This document shows positions 27,501 through 42,049 of a stretch of 64,000 bases of DNA, piece by piece; positions within the stretch are counted from its first letter, which is position 1; the number at the start of each line of letters is the position of its first letter. Source of the DNA: Trichoplax sp. H2 (taxonomy: Eukaryota); the NCBI GenBank assembly GCA_003344405.1, contig NOWV01000018.1:372001-436000 (forward strand), given 5' to 3'. The notes beneath the pieces are model-generated. The model was not told the DNA's origin and did no database searches. It saw only the letters and a program-made list of their open reading frames with translations. A program made the position numbers and the translations under genes.

Positions 27501-28118
27501 TTATGTCGAGTAGTCAATTTTTAGGTTATATAATGATTCTATTAATACCTAAAGTGCATATGAATTACCACAACTATAACTATCATATTTATCTGTCCCT
27601 TGCAACATTTTAATTCATTCGATAGCATAAATGCTCTTTCCTGATAATCATATAATTACACATTATGAATGTTGAATTCAATATACCGTAGTAATAAAGT
27701 ACGATAACTTTAATGGAAAATAATCATTGTCATTCATACAGGTTATTCGTGCACTTATTGCTAGATCTGTGACAGCTTACTAAAATATTATGAAAATATA
27801 ACTACCTTACATCAATGTAAGCGTAACCTAAGGCTAGCCACTAATTATTTTAGCTGATTCTCACTGATTTATGATGTACGATTATATTGATAAGTAAGAT
27901 ATCATGTACGGTGCTCATGAACTTACATATCATTTAAAAAATGAACCTGGCTGGAGGGCAGTAACATGGACTGTAGGATCTACGATAATGTATGCAAATA
28001 AAATTAATAAGATTAGGCTCCTGTAATGGTCGCTTAAAGCCGCAAATAAATCGTATTGCATTTGAGTATCATACTTTACCTTAACTATTTTCGATATTGG
28101 ATTATCTAAGTCATCCAT
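24520..28118 (-). CDS. Divergent importin-alpha-like armadillo-repeat protein (about 16 small exons; ends uncertain)
   Basis: Spliced translation: MDDLDNPISKIVK-ILQSMLLPSSQVHFLNDI-ISGGKTISQANC-DRLIIEIFSNLHHHD-DYEQRMVLLKTIEIIL..-ADISLLFKLILSPIEELALKSLKVIAAYA-NDILFLNYGIIPKLLSAM..-..-EAFNTTPIICIFEIVASQSPHLR-IAGLGFLDVLM..-ILIGLKLIPVLKAIL..-NTLKLLINVIRVNSRLLQ-GVIDHDVFSVLLRGM..-..TIACAARSATASQ-IKQIAENHYVIQHLFETL. The last repeats align by eye to importin-alpha ARM7-9 (NITAGN..QIQ.VID..IFP.L; AITNATSGG..EQI.YL). The ATG at 28118 follows an acceptor, so upstream exons (to ~28700) are likely. Confidence 0.6.
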
Positions 28119-30589
28119 CTATGATACAAAGAAGTGCATTAGCTAGCAATAAATTGGATGAATTTTGTCGATGAACTCAAAAATAGATGAATACATCATA
28201 TAATATTTGAAATAATAATCAGTTCAAGACTGTCAGAGATAATGATGCTACACTTAATGAATGGGGTTAAAGTACCGCTGGTAAATGTTAATTTTTAATA
28301 GTAATTGGAACAGGAAAGTAGGCGATTACCATTACTTATCGCCTTGACGTCGATTATGGATAGTAATTTGATCATCAGGAATATCTTTGTTAAGGCCTGG
28401 CTCAATGATTAGGCCCTGTGTAATTCATTTTCAAATGGTAAGGTTACTGCTGATTGAAAATTCACGAGGAAAGAGTAGATTCAGAGTTAAAACTGCCCTA
28501 TATTGGGCAAACTTATGTATTCCATTTTCATTAATAATCAACGATCATTTATTTCTAATTACCTGAAGTCTATAAACTTTGGTTTAGAGCATCCGGTTAA
28601 TCGCAACTTATGATCAATGAATTTATAATTAACAGGCAGATTTATGCTTGGCTGTCAAGTAAGTATAATTTTGTTACGGTGTTATCTTACCGTTAGGATA
28701 GTTTAATATGTACAGTAGTAGTAGTAGCTAGTATGGAAGATATTCATATTTGTAGTGCTAGGTAAGGTAAGTAATGCCTTAATAAGGATATTATTTGCGG
28801 TTGTTTATTACATATTTGATATTGATTGCTATTATGTGTAGATAGTAGTAAGATGAATCAAGTTCTAGCTATTGATAGTTGAATTAGATAACATACATGC
28901 TTAGATTAAGATTAAGTATGAGTAAGAGATTTAAAATATTTACTGATAGAAAAGCGATGTTTCGAATATCTCAGCTCGAGATGCCTCTCCGAGAAAGGTA
29001 TAATAAAAATACTGTTGTTGTCTACAAATTACCGGTTTCTATATAAATGGGAACGTTTGAGTTGAGTTGGATGGTGAAAAGTTGTAAATATGTCTATGCT
29101 AATAAAAGTTCTATCTTTACGGTACTACGCTGAGTCTGTTCAACGTTTAGTAAAAGAACGTTTAAGTCAGTAGTTACTTAAAGACTTTTACTGTACGTTT
29201 CCTTGTCGCAGATTTGAAATTGTGACAGATTTACTTCAATGATAGTAGAAGCGATCAATCTACTTGTGACTATACAACCTCCATTGGCAAAGCCAATCGT
29301 AACAGTAACCTGTTTTAGCTGTTAGTAAGCTATTAAGAACTAATAATTTTGGGGGTAAAAGTTAGTATAGAAATTATCAAGGTACTGCAATCTACGCACG
29401 GATAGTTTGGAATTAAAAAAAATGAGATCAATATTTAGGCCATAATTTTATTACAGTGGTCCCTAACGGAAGGTGCTACAATTTCTGCTCCCTTTGGCCT
29501 TAGAATATCGAAAATATAAGCAATACTGTATAGTGCAAACACCGGTACGCTATGATTTCCATTACAGCAGCTGATTTTAAACTGCAACATAACTGTGATG
29601 ATGGCGACGTTAACAGTGATATCTTGACAGCAGAAAGCGAACATATACGTGTTATTAGTGTATATGTTACGTATATAGTGTATTTAGCTACATAAAATAT
29701 TGCATCACTCTTATATCAATAACGACAGCAATGATCTTGTAACTAAATGAAGAATTTCTTTAAATCGTTGTCTAGTGTATCACCTAGAAATCATCTTAAT
29801 AAGTCGGTAAGATCGATACTTTTACTTACATTAACTTGTCTTGAGACTTGTGTAAAACAGATTAACTTTTCTAACTTGTTCAGGCAATAAGTCTTTAACG
29901 TTACTTTTTAAGAGTTACAGTATGCCAAACTCACGACCACTACGACACTGACCAAATTTTTTGACTCCTTACAGCCTAAATAAGGAATCTGATTACAAGT
30001 AAATGAATAAGAACATCGTTTAAAGCTACTCATAAACTTTAGTAAAGAAGACGAAACGCATTTTGAATCAGATAGACGACGTTATTTCTGTCCTAAGCAG
30101 ATGCCTACGACATAACTGAGCAGCCTCTTTAAAGGATGGATTTCCGGTAATATTTTTCTTTTAGTAGCTGCCCTGCCTCTTTATGATAGTTTATATATAT
30201 ATGTTTTGTTCTTTGTTTTACTACTCTAGCTAGTAATTACGATGCCTATCGTGTATGGCAATTAATATTAATTACTAGGAATAGAGTACAGTTATTGAGC
30301 GGGCGCTATGATCAGCGTACTTGGACTATCTCCGGTATGAAATAAGAGAATTCCAATACAAGGTCAAGTGGCTGTTGATATCCTTAAAACTTTTGCATAA
30401 TCGGCTCGATGTTTCATAATTTCGCTAAAAGTAAGGATATATCGATATATCTATTCATTCTATGCTACTACACTGTATCATTATCAGCAAGGGCTTACTA
30501 GGTTAATCTTTAATTCAGTAATTCGCTTTCTATTACGAGTGGTAATGGGTAAATTGATGACCTTGAGAACTATAATTAGCCTTAAAGTA

Positions 30590-31200
30590 AAAGTAATTGA
30601 AAACTTTACTGGTCTTGATTGTTGATGAATTGTGCTGAAGTAGAATAAAAGAGCTGCAAAGGCTATTGTGTAATATTATCAGTTTAAAAATGATGGCATC
30701 AATTATAAAGTAATTCTATCCGGAAGCTATGTCATACGTAATTAGTCAGAGCTTCAATTAATAAAATAATGATCCAAGATTGGCTAGATAGTGTAATGAG
30801 GAACCTTTGCTAGTCTTAATTGTTGATGAATTATACAGAAATAAAAATAAAAGTGCTTAGGTTGTAGTGTAATGTTGTCAGTTTAAAAATGATATCAATT
30901 ATAAAGTAGTTTTACTCAGGAAGCTATCTCATACGTAATTATTCAGAGCCTATGAGTAATAAAATTATGATTTAAAATTGGCTAAATCTCAGAAGTAATG
31001 AGCAACCTTTGCTACTGTAGTCTTGATTGTTGATGAGTTGTACAGCTACAAAAAATAAAAGAGCTGCAAAGGCTGTAGCATAGTGGTTTCAGTTTAAAAA
31101 TGATACTATCAATCATAAAGTAGTTTTATGCAGGAAGCTATATCGTACGTAATTATTTAGATATGGAAGTAGTAAAATTATGATCCAAGATTGGCTGGAT
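30590..31200. repeat. Diverged tandem repeat, three copies of ~200 bp
   Basis: Recurrent aac(c)ttt.ct..gtctt.attgttgatga...cagtttaaaaatgat...ggaagctat..catacgtaatt...tgatccaagattggct, with units starting at ~30601, ~30802 and ~31003. Confidence 0.85.
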
Positions 31201-32347
31201 GGAATAATTAGTAACTATGATTAAAATTGAACCACTGGAGTTATTTATGTCGATAATTGCTACGTTTTACACGTTAATTCATGATAGAAAATGTTAGTAT
31301 TACAGCATAAATGAAGATTGATCTGTTCCCTTTTAGCCTAGAGTTAGGGTACGATTTACCTTGACTACCAAGGAAAACCGCTGCAATGTATTATCCTTCA
31401 TGAAGGAATGAAATAAATATTCTGTCAAAACAAACAGTAGAAGGTACGATAGCGCAAAGATAGCGAATATTGAGAAACCAACAGGAAGTCTAGCATTTAA
31501 GTTTATACTTGATCATGACATTAAGCAATATTAGCAAGAAAAGGTTACAAGGTCAGTTAAAACTACGGCTCTATTTTAGCCCGCTATCTTCAGTACCACA
31601 ATCTCCTCGGTATCGTCCTCCTCAATATTAACATCTCTATCGTAATCGCAAGATGATGATAAATCATCGCCTTGGTGAAAGTTAAAAATTGCCATGTTAA
31701 AACCATGAATATCTGTATCCGAAGCTGTCGAGATCATACTTGTTGTCTTGGAGGTCGTAAAATAAATATAATTGTGTTCGTTAGATTGTGTATCAAATTG
31801 ATTACTTTATTTGCCTTCAAAAGCCATATTGTACAGCCAATTTTTACGAATCTTCTCAGTTTCTTATCTCTGCATCGCCTTGCATGCTGTGTAACATTAT
31901 GATCTTATATAGAAGATGCCTAGTATAGTAATATCCTAATATACGAATACTTATCATATACCGTTTAAGTACTGTATTGTATTACATTCATAATGTACGA
32001 CATCATGACTACATATAGACGACATGCTATACATATAAAGACATTATCTCAATCCCATCTAAAACCTATAAATACCCTTGTACGCTAACTCGTTAGTCAG
32101 TTCCTACATTCCTGCTATCTCAAATACCTTATCTATAACAACCATATCATTGTTAGCCTGTAACTTGTATCTCAATAAAATCCTTTATACCTTCTATCAT
32201 CGTCTACCTTAAAATACTTTACGCTACTTAAAGAAGATATCATTACAGCTGATAGCTTCATCAGAATAAGAATATACCTCTTCATCGCTGTCTTCCTCAG
32301 TGGAAGAACGTCGGAATTATCTATCTCACTGCCGTCAGAGCTATCAG

Positions 32348-32367
32348 NNNNNNNNNNNNNNNNNNNN
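32348..32367. other. Assembly gap (20 N)
   Basis: Run of n characters. Confidence 1.
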
Positions 32368-32585
32368 TAAATCTCAGAAGTAATGAGCAACCTTTGCTAC
32401 TGTAGTCTTGATTGTTGATGAGTTGTACAGCTACAAAAAATAAAAGAGCTGCAAAGGCTGTAGCATAGTGGTTTCAGTTTTAAAATGATACTATCAATCA
32501 TAAAGTAGTTTTATGCAGGAAGCTATATCGTACGTAATTATTTAGATATGGAAGTAGTAAAATTATGATCCAAGATTGGCTGGAT
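32368..32585 (+). repeat. Near-identical copy of 30983-31200 immediately after the assembly gap
   Basis: taaatctcagaagtaatgagcaacc...caagattggctggat is repeated; I found one mismatch. Confidence 0.9.
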
Positions 32586-33544
32586 ACGTAGTCTACGACG
32601 ATGGAAGAACTTGATCAGTTCAATCTACCAGTAATAGCTACTTGCTACTCGCTGTCAACTATGTTCAAGGGTTGAAGATATAGCATTTAACCATCCATCA
32701 GCTGCGTTAAATAGCTGCCAGTCCTGTAGTTCACGCACGCGATATCAAACTTCTGGCGCCTTCGCTTTAGGCTTTAGCGCCAGCGGAAAATCCCCACGTG
32801 TTATACCAGAACAGACTGATAGTGCAGTAAAAATCAGTAATACAGTAAAATAATCCGATTACTATAGACTGTAGTTATTAACAACCAACAACATGCGCAA
32901 AAATCAAGATATAGGCGGATTGGATAGTGCCAAGTAGCAACTGCAGCGCTACGTTCCCCATAAGTTTCTCACGGTCATCACAAGTATAAAATAAGCGCAA
33001 GATCTTGATCGACAAATTGGCTACAATCAGTAAAAATTGCACTCTAGCTGCCTTCAATTTTTGGTACTACTATTTGTTGTGCTCATTGTAAGAGTTTTCC
33101 CAGCCATTTTCAGTCTACTGTATTTGTTTTGGATGTATTACAGAGTGGCCATTAAATATTCATTCTTGAAAATAGCACAAGTATTCAACTATGTCACAGA
33201 ACGCAAACATGTGGTAAGAGATGGAAAGCAATAGCAACTTTGACATTGAAGTAAAGTGCTCTAGTTGACTACCGATCGTAATGCTCGAATAGGCTGGCTA
33301 AAGCAATGAGACTATAAATAATTGATGAATTTGTCAACACGAAGCAAGTTGCTACTGAAAGATAAAGCCAATAGAGGATTTCCTAGCCATATACAGTACC
33401 TGTAATAAAGTGATACAGAACCGGCTGCACTAGCAGGAATTGTGCGATCAATCTGCACGAAATGATAGAACAAATTTGGGATAAAAGCCTAGACATAATC
33501 CGTGCGGACATGCAATAGAGTGTCTATATAACATAACATATATA

Positions 33545-34090
33545 TAGCAGGCTACGGTAGCCGTGCACTAAATCTTCACTAAAAATGATGAAGGAAATCT
33601 CTGCTGGGAAAAGAAAAAGTCTATACAGGATTCTGTAGATATGGAATAGAGTCGATAACATGTTACGATAAATGACAAAGCCCATTCCGATTGGAAGATC
33701 AATCCTATGCAGGATTCTGTAGACGCATATACTGTAATACAGTGTAAGCCAATAGCAGATTGTGATAACTAACAGTCGTTTTATCTAAATCCTCCTAAAA
33801 ATTCTAGCAGTATACTGTGCTCGTATGCAGCAGGCTACTGTAGCCGGGCACGAAATCCTTACTAAAAGTGATGAAGGAAATCTCTGTTGGGAAATGAAAA
33901 AGTCAGGATTTCGTAGATATGGAATAGAGCCTAGATCAGTTTACGATAGCATTATGCCAAATCCTCACTAAATGATGAAGCACATTTCTGTTGGAAAATC
34001 AGTCCTATACTGTACAGGATTCTGTAGATACGAGTGTATAGCAGGTTGTAATAACAGTTATTTTGCGCTAAATCCTCGTTCAAATTCCTG
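33545..34090. repeat. Diverged tandem duplication, ~280 bp unit with internal sub-repeats
   Basis: gcaggctac.gtagccg.gcac.aaatc.t.actaaaa.tgatgaaggaaatctctg.tgggaaa.gaaaaagtc at ~33547 and ~33830; caggattctgtaga recurs about four times. Confidence 0.8.
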
Positions 34091-37000
34091 CAAATTACTA
34101 TAATGAGTAGCTGGATCAACAGTAATATCAGAGGGAAAAAATTAAATATCGATAAAGTCTATATGCAAATTGTAGCAGTTAATACTGTTGAGTATGGCTA
34201 TATGTGCAAGGTCTGGACTGTTTTATGAATCAATAAAATATTCCATCTTCGACTGATATTTTAGAATGAAGGCCTAGAATTATTGATATCGTTTTGCAAA
34301 ACATTAAAGGTAAACAAAGTTGTTGGAGTTCAAAGAAATGATGTGTCTGAATATTATCTTGAAAGCAATTCTGGCTAACTTGTGTAGGCTATACTCGTGC
34401 ATTAAATACATCTACTGTATCTGTTGAAGTAGGCTCTTCAGCGAGTTAAATCGCCGGCAAAGACCTTACAGTTTGTTCATATAACTAGGTAGGTGGATGC
34501 ATCAGTGGTAATATTCTTGCAACCATAATTTTTCTGCCTTGGATAGGAACCTTGCAAACATGTTCATTGGTTATGGTATTTTGCGACTGCCTAGTGATAT
34601 TATACGCTTTAGCTACGCGTATATGGATTGACAACGTGATCGGTAAGACTTGTTGTATAGTTTACTTTTAAAACTACTCTATTTTAATATTCAGTAAGGC
34701 ATGTGTTGAATGATATGTAGTCGATTATATCGGTTAAAATCAGTTTCTGTAGTTAATACGAGTGGAAGTATTTTATGGCAATAACGCATTGATGTTAGGA
34801 GAAGGTGTCTAAATGAAATTATCTCGAATCATCTATCTGCAGGAGAAGATATCATGAATTCGACAGAAATTATTTTGCCCTAAGGTAATGAAAGTCATTG
34901 ATGATTGATAAATAAAGTAGGAATATTCTGCCTTGATATTATCATCATGTATTGGTAAGCCCTGCCATGAGGCATAGCGAGAATTAATACTAATTTTTTT
35001 AGGAGCGTTTTAACGCCTCAATTATTTCGATTGCTTCGGACATAGAATCTGTAAGTCAATGAACATCATTTTCTTAGCTACTTATAAGCTATGCTTATCC
35101 TTATTTCTTATTATATACCCTTAGATTTGAGGTGAAAATTGATATTATGACCTTGTGGCGAATTTTAATTAACTTGGATCAAGTAACTAAAGATTTTTAA
35201 AATAAATGGTATAAATATATATTTATTATAACCGATCTGAAGATCTATGGTAAAAATTTTGCCATATACAGTAGTTTGGTACAGCAGGATTGTTATAATG
35301 ATCGAGATATATATGCTTACATGCTCTGTACACCAATTAGGTCATATCGTTACAGAAACTATGCTACTTCATCAGTATCAGTACATACTGCACACGTATG
35401 TAACCGATTTCGTTATGAAATAGCTAATACCAATTTTAACTTTTCAGGTCATCCCTAGTATAAGCGAACTCGCAAAGGCAACCAGTGAGTTATAAACTCT
35501 GCCGTCTCACCATATGTTATAGCAGAACAAGTTTGAGTTACTGTTATCTGCATTGCAAATGTTAATATAAAAGGTTAAAATTTAATTTTTCAGTAACATC
35601 CAAATTTGCAGTGGACGGGGATGATGTATATAGTATCGGTAGAATAATGACCGACTAATTTAAACAGTTATACCGATTCTTGATGCTGTTGAAACTAATA
35701 AAAGTTACTACCGAATATAGTTAACGACTTTCAGCCACTACTGATAATCGTACTATCTTTAATACTTAACTCAATTTGAGGATATAAGTTTAATGCGTAA
35801 CTTTTAAGAAACTTTATGATTTTAAGTATTACCGTGTGGTAAATGATTAATGAATCTCCATTTTATTTGGTCATTTCATATAATCAATTGCATGCTCACA
35901 TAGTAGGTTGTACCGAACTTATGTTCTAATAATTATAACGTAGTCAAAAGATCTGTTGTTAACGTGTAAACGATTTTACTCATGATGTTGGTATTAATTA
36001 CGTACAGAATTTGCAATGACGGTAATAATTTCGTAATATTCCATTTTAAAGTTTCTCTTTAGTCATGTTAAACGATTACTAAGATAAAGTCTCTAGTACG
36101 TGTATTATGTAATGATTCAATAAATAATACGATATGTTTCTGTATTTCTGTATGTTGAACGAGGGGTAGGAGAATGCTGTATTTTTCAATCCATTTAGCA
36201 ATAATAACTGTTAAACACGCAGGATCAAGAAAAGGGTTATCATTTTATTTTACCGTCTATGATGATAAATATGAAATTTTTAACGGTGGGAAGGCCGTGA
36301 GTATTCTGTACAAGGAAGGTAACTTATATCCGTGTCTAGATGTGAGCTATAAAAGAAATCATTTAAGTTTATGGTCGGATACTAGACAAATCTTAGCATC
36401 AAGATTAGATTAAAAAATATCGCCACAAATATACGTACATGAACGTAAACTTATTACGGATTGTCCATCTGGTGAATTAATATATGGTGTAGATACAGAT
36501 ACGAAGCGGAAAGTGAGATGAACAGCAAGTAAAATCATTACGGTAATAGATTTGCAATAAATGTTAAAATATTTCCAGTGGCGTTTATTTTATAGAATGT
36601 ATTTATTACGATATTGAGCGATAAAATCCCATATTTATTGCGTTAAAATACCTTTCAAGTAACTATCAACCATTAATCCAATTTCTGGATATAGGTATTT
36701 CAATTTGTAAAATTTTAAATGAATGACATACAAAAAAGTAAAGTACTATGAAATTATGATTTGTATACATCCAATTTTAAAGCGATGGGATATATGTGTG
36801 CAATTATCATAGGTCAGCAACCGATAGTTAGATAGAAATACGGTGTAACAGTATACTGTATTAAATAAAAATGGTTATTATGCTCTACAGCCTAAATATT
36901 TTGCGAATAAAATAACCTAAAGTACTGGATGATTTTTCATAAAGTACCGTAGTCGTCTCTGTCCTTGGCGATATTTAAGATACGGATAATTAATTTAATT

Positions 37001-40000
37001 CAGAGCACACGACCAGTTAGGTTCTGCAAATTACAAGGACAGAAAATTATGTGAACACATTATGTAAGGAAGATATTACCATCGATAATTCAATGTGACT
37101 GCTAGATTAGATTTTGTTTTGCATCTTATGTTAGAATAGATAAGCAGTAATATATCCGAATAAACTTAAGCAAATAGAATTGCAGCTGCAGAGAATGGAA
37201 TTAGATATCGAATTCCATTACGCAATACGCGAGACATTAAATACCTCAATGTAAATAAAACAGCTTAGATATTTTTAAATATTTTAAAGGTCAAAATTAT
37301 ATTGTTAAACTTCAATACCTTGATTTAAAGGACGAAAAGGCCTTAAATTATTGTCCATGATTTAAATACTGTAGCCACTATTAAAAATTTAGTATTGATC
37401 GTGATAGATCATTATGGCATCATTTTAAAAAATGCGTTATTTAGGTTTTTGGGTGTGGCGTAGTTAGGCGTGATCAGCACTTAGAAGCGTATTATGTGAA
37501 ACAGGTGGAAGAAAATGGTTAATTATTTATTTATCTTATAATTAAGCTTTGGATCGTGTGATAAAGTGTCTTCTCAAAAATACAACACGAACTATAGTTT
37601 CTTGTAAACTTCACTTTATTACATAAGATCAGGTTCGTCTCATAACTACCAAGGACCATCTAGCTTCAATAGGACTATCTCTGGACTATCTATTACAGTG
37701 AAAACTCGCGGGTTATATACCCTTTGCTACAGAATGAATTTTACACATTGCAATCATATCTTGCTAATTAAGTCGCAAGATAGCAGTTTATCATCGCGCG
37801 AGCTATTCATTATTTACGCGTCCAATTAAAGCACCACAATGCAACTCTCACACTACTAACATAATTATTACTATCTATTACTATCATGAAATCTTAATAT
37901 AAACATCTCAATAGTATCAAGACAATACGTATGTAAACCTCTGCTACAAATAGATATCTTAAAAATCATACAATCCAACAAACGAGTACTACTACTCTCG
38001 TACAGTCTTACAATCATAATCCAAGCTATATTTGGGGCTGCACTACAGATCGATATATGAGATTACCTTACTTGATGAAATTTTTGTATTTTTAAATTAG
38101 AATTTAAGCATCTAAAAGTCAGCCTCTATTTGCTGATATCCGATAATTAATTATCCGTAGTCCCACAATCATCTTTAATTTTGGTATGAAATTCAATTAT
38201 TTACGTGAAAGGAGATTACTTTTCATCATTCAATCAAGTTCATTTATTTATGCGTTAGTTAACCCGTGAATCCTGTAAATCATGCTCACCCTGTAAACTA
38301 TTTATTTAATAGTAATTAATAAAAAATGGCAGCAATCTGTCATGAATTGTTCTTATTCCTTTAGTTAATCAATTTATACCGATGTAATGTATGAATATTT
38401 CTTAGGAATACTTAACGTAAATATCCATACCAAAAGAAAACTACCTAGTATTGTACTGATTAATTACTGATATTTTCATTTTAAAACTGATTAATTACAA
38501 CACCTTACTTACGTAGATATTTGTTCACTATAATTTTCCTTAAGTTACTATAACGACGATTAGCAGAGAAGAAATAATTTTTGATAACAACTCTCTTAAT
38601 AGGTTATTTCAAGCCAGGTTACGTAACTAGCCATAATTATATTCAATCTTGAAAAAAATTGAGAGCATAGTTGTTTAGATGACAGTAAATTTGTAAAATT
38701 CATTTAGATAGCGTACCATGAAATTTAAAATCAATATTAAAAGCAGGTGTTAGCGATAGACGTAACTGAGTGATTTTAATACGTAGCACTGTACGTGATC
38801 AACTTACTGTATTAATCTACCTGATAGTATAAATTCTGGAATTGCTTGTAACAATTTTGTAGCTCAGATGATATCATTATTAATAGCCGTAAAATAACAG
38901 CCAAAATAAAACTTTATCCCATCTGATTCTCAAATAATGATTTACTTGGTGATCAATTATTTAATTTGATGACTTTAGTTCGAATTATTTGAAGTCAGAC
39001 TATTACGTAGATCATTTCCGAAATAATAACAACATTTAGAAGTTAAAAATTCTTCTCATGATATTTGAGCTCTTTTATATTGGAGTAAATCAAGGATAAT
39101 TACGAATCTGAAGCAACTGAGTTGATCATGAATGTCACTAATTATGATTAGCATTTGAACTAAAGTAGCATGAGCTAAATTAATTGTACTCCATTTTTAA
39201 ATATATTAAGAGATGATTTAATCCATTAAAATTGAACTCGTACAGATATAGACTAGTATAATAGCTTCTTATGCCAGGATGAGGTAAAATCCTCTAATTT
39301 ATACCATACACGCAATGCTGTGATTCTACCTTAGTGAAACATCAACTCTCATAAAATGAATACTGCAGCAGTGCAAATATTCATAGACATGTTAATAGGA
39401 TTCTATAACTGCATATTTAGGAATGTATGTGTATAGAATTTTGATATTATGCTATTAGTAAATTGTTGATTTAATTTTCTATGCAATGATTACCTGTTCA
39501 AACTGATTACAAAGACTATAGAACAAATTGAACTTAAACATATGTTGATGATTAGTTGTCATGGCTTCTATTATGATCTGATTCTACAGATGTTAAAGAT
39601 TTTATGTCTTGCGCATTAACAATTGATATTCCTAAATTAATCTTTTATGCATTGTCTACACTGTTTGTCTCAAAAGGTCAGTAGGAAATAAGTGAATTAC
39701 TACCATCCATTTTTAACTAATCATATGGTTTAGTTCAAGGCAAGCCAGTTTACAATTGAGAAGTTTGACCATGGCACTGTTTTTACGTCATTAATCTTAA
39801 AAGATTGGAATTTACCCCTACTGATATCGTTCGATCATTTGAAGTATTTCCTTCTAGATTAATAAAGAATTAATAGGATTGTCTTGTAAGCATTTATAAG
39901 AATAATTAAGGATATTCTTGTATATTCTTCTCAATTTGTAGTTATCTCTCTCTTTTGGTCTTCATTTTCAGCTACGCTACTACACTATAATATTGAATGT

Positions 40001-42049
40001 GAATTTCTCTTTATTCCTACTCTGTTGCTCTTTCATTGTCATCAGTGACATTGTCATTCTTATTAAAAATTGATGGCATACAGTTGTTGATGATGAAAAG
40101 GTTTAAATAGTAACTTTCCATGAAAATTAGCTCTTAAATTGATCGATTTCCATTTATTTATGCTAGCTAATATGACATAAAAATCTTTACTGTATTAAAA
40201 AATGGATACCGTAACATTTTAATCGATACTCTTATTTTATCTATATCTTGCTTTTACCTGCTATTATAAGGTTAATCGTAGGAGTGCGATAGGAAGTAAG
40301 AGATAAAACATTTCAAAATCTAAATGTTGCAGGCATAGATCAGTAAAATATCTTTATCGCCTCTCTTTCAATTGATTTATAGGTATTAATCGACAATATT
40401 GATTGATATTTTATGATATTGGCCTTTCCGTGTTTACAGATTAGAGCTTCACTGGAGAAATACTAGCAAGGAAAAAGGTAAGCTAACGTTCATAAACAAC
40501 GCATCCGCTTCTTTTACACAAGATGTTTTAGTAAGTATATTGCCTACTGTAATAATGGAAAGAGAGATCAAAAACTTGCCACTATAATCAGTTTCCAAGC
40601 TACGGTATTCTTTAATATGCTCTATACGTATTATTATTTTGATGATATTATACGAAGATAAATGATTATGATCGCGATGATACTGACAGTATTTAGAAAA
40701 TAGATATCAATCTTTTGACAAAGCACACTAGAATCAGCTTTATGCTATAAAAATTTATATTAATAGTAAATCACTAACAAGCTTGGAGCAACAACTATCA
40801 AAGACTTTACACGAAATACAGGTACTTTGATAGAACAGCACTTGATTTTGGGGCGATTTTAACGGTATCAATAATAACCCAATTGCTGCCATAAAATTGA
40901 TTCAAGTGTGCTTCTTTGAGGGGAGGAATAGCCTTACTTTCTATGCTAGTAATTGCTAATTTAGCAATATCCATGGAATGAATAATGATAAAACAGAGCA
41001 TTTGAGAGTAAAAACAGAATGATAGACCAAGGTATTTCCCTTCTTGCAATGATCATGGTTTCAGATTATATTCGCCATATACTACGTCTCCGAGTATACA
41101 GAAAATATTTGCAATTTTTTATTTCATTTCAGTTACTAATCTTAACATGACGTGGTCAGAAATTAACTACTGATTCCATGAATCAGATTTCACTTTCATG
41201 CATAAATATGATTCATTTTATGTTCTTTAACAGTCATCAATTCTATGAATTACGAAATCACGATTACACCTAGGAGATTGTCGAGCGAGGCAGAATATTC
41301 ATATCAGTGATAAGAGATTCTAGAAGTACAGAATTCATCAACTTGAGTCAAGTAGCAAGTCAGAATTATGAACGAATTTTACCATCAGTTATAGGGGTTT
41401 GCGTTTAGGCTGGAACTAAATATATAAATTAGCTTAACGTTTACATTGGATATTTATATTGATACCGGTAGAGAGGGATTCTAGATGCAATAAAGTCATG
41501 TACTTACACCTAGTTGAAGGTTTATGTTAGTATTAGGTAGATAAATAGATAGATATTAAGAGGACTCTATTAACACTACAATCATTTGCTTATAATATAG
41601 TAAGTAATCGGAAACATAGGCAAAGTGCTATCTACCTACAAGATTCAAGCGGCTAGTCTGTTCAGATTTTACCAGAAGCACACATTTATGTTTTTCAGAG
41701 TCATATAAATAGTTAGGAGAAGCTAAATAATTTCATAGATTTCTAGCCAACGGTACTTATGGATACTACTAAATTTCACGACATTGATGCTTCCTAAGAT
41801 ATACTTATATGATTAGAGTTTTAGGAAGGATGACTCAACTATATCGGTTGTTTCATGTAAATAAAAGTAAGTATTCACTCTATATAGTTTCGTATGCAAA
41901 AGGCAATCTGTATAAATTCTTAGCAATTACGTATATTAATACTAAGAACCCAAGCGAAGAAAGGATAAGTAGATGATACTGTTGATAGACTAATTCCTCA
42001 TAATATTACTAGGTGAATATTTTTCTAATATTTTACCTTTAGTAGTACT

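Noticed and set aside
27570-27641. Possible extra ARM-gene exon (ERAFMLSNELKCCKG..)
   Set aside because: Phase 0 is incompatible with the flanking phase-2 junctions, which join cleanly without it.
32172-32390. 72-aa ORF in the supplied track
   Set aside because: It spans the N gap, so it is an artefact as called.
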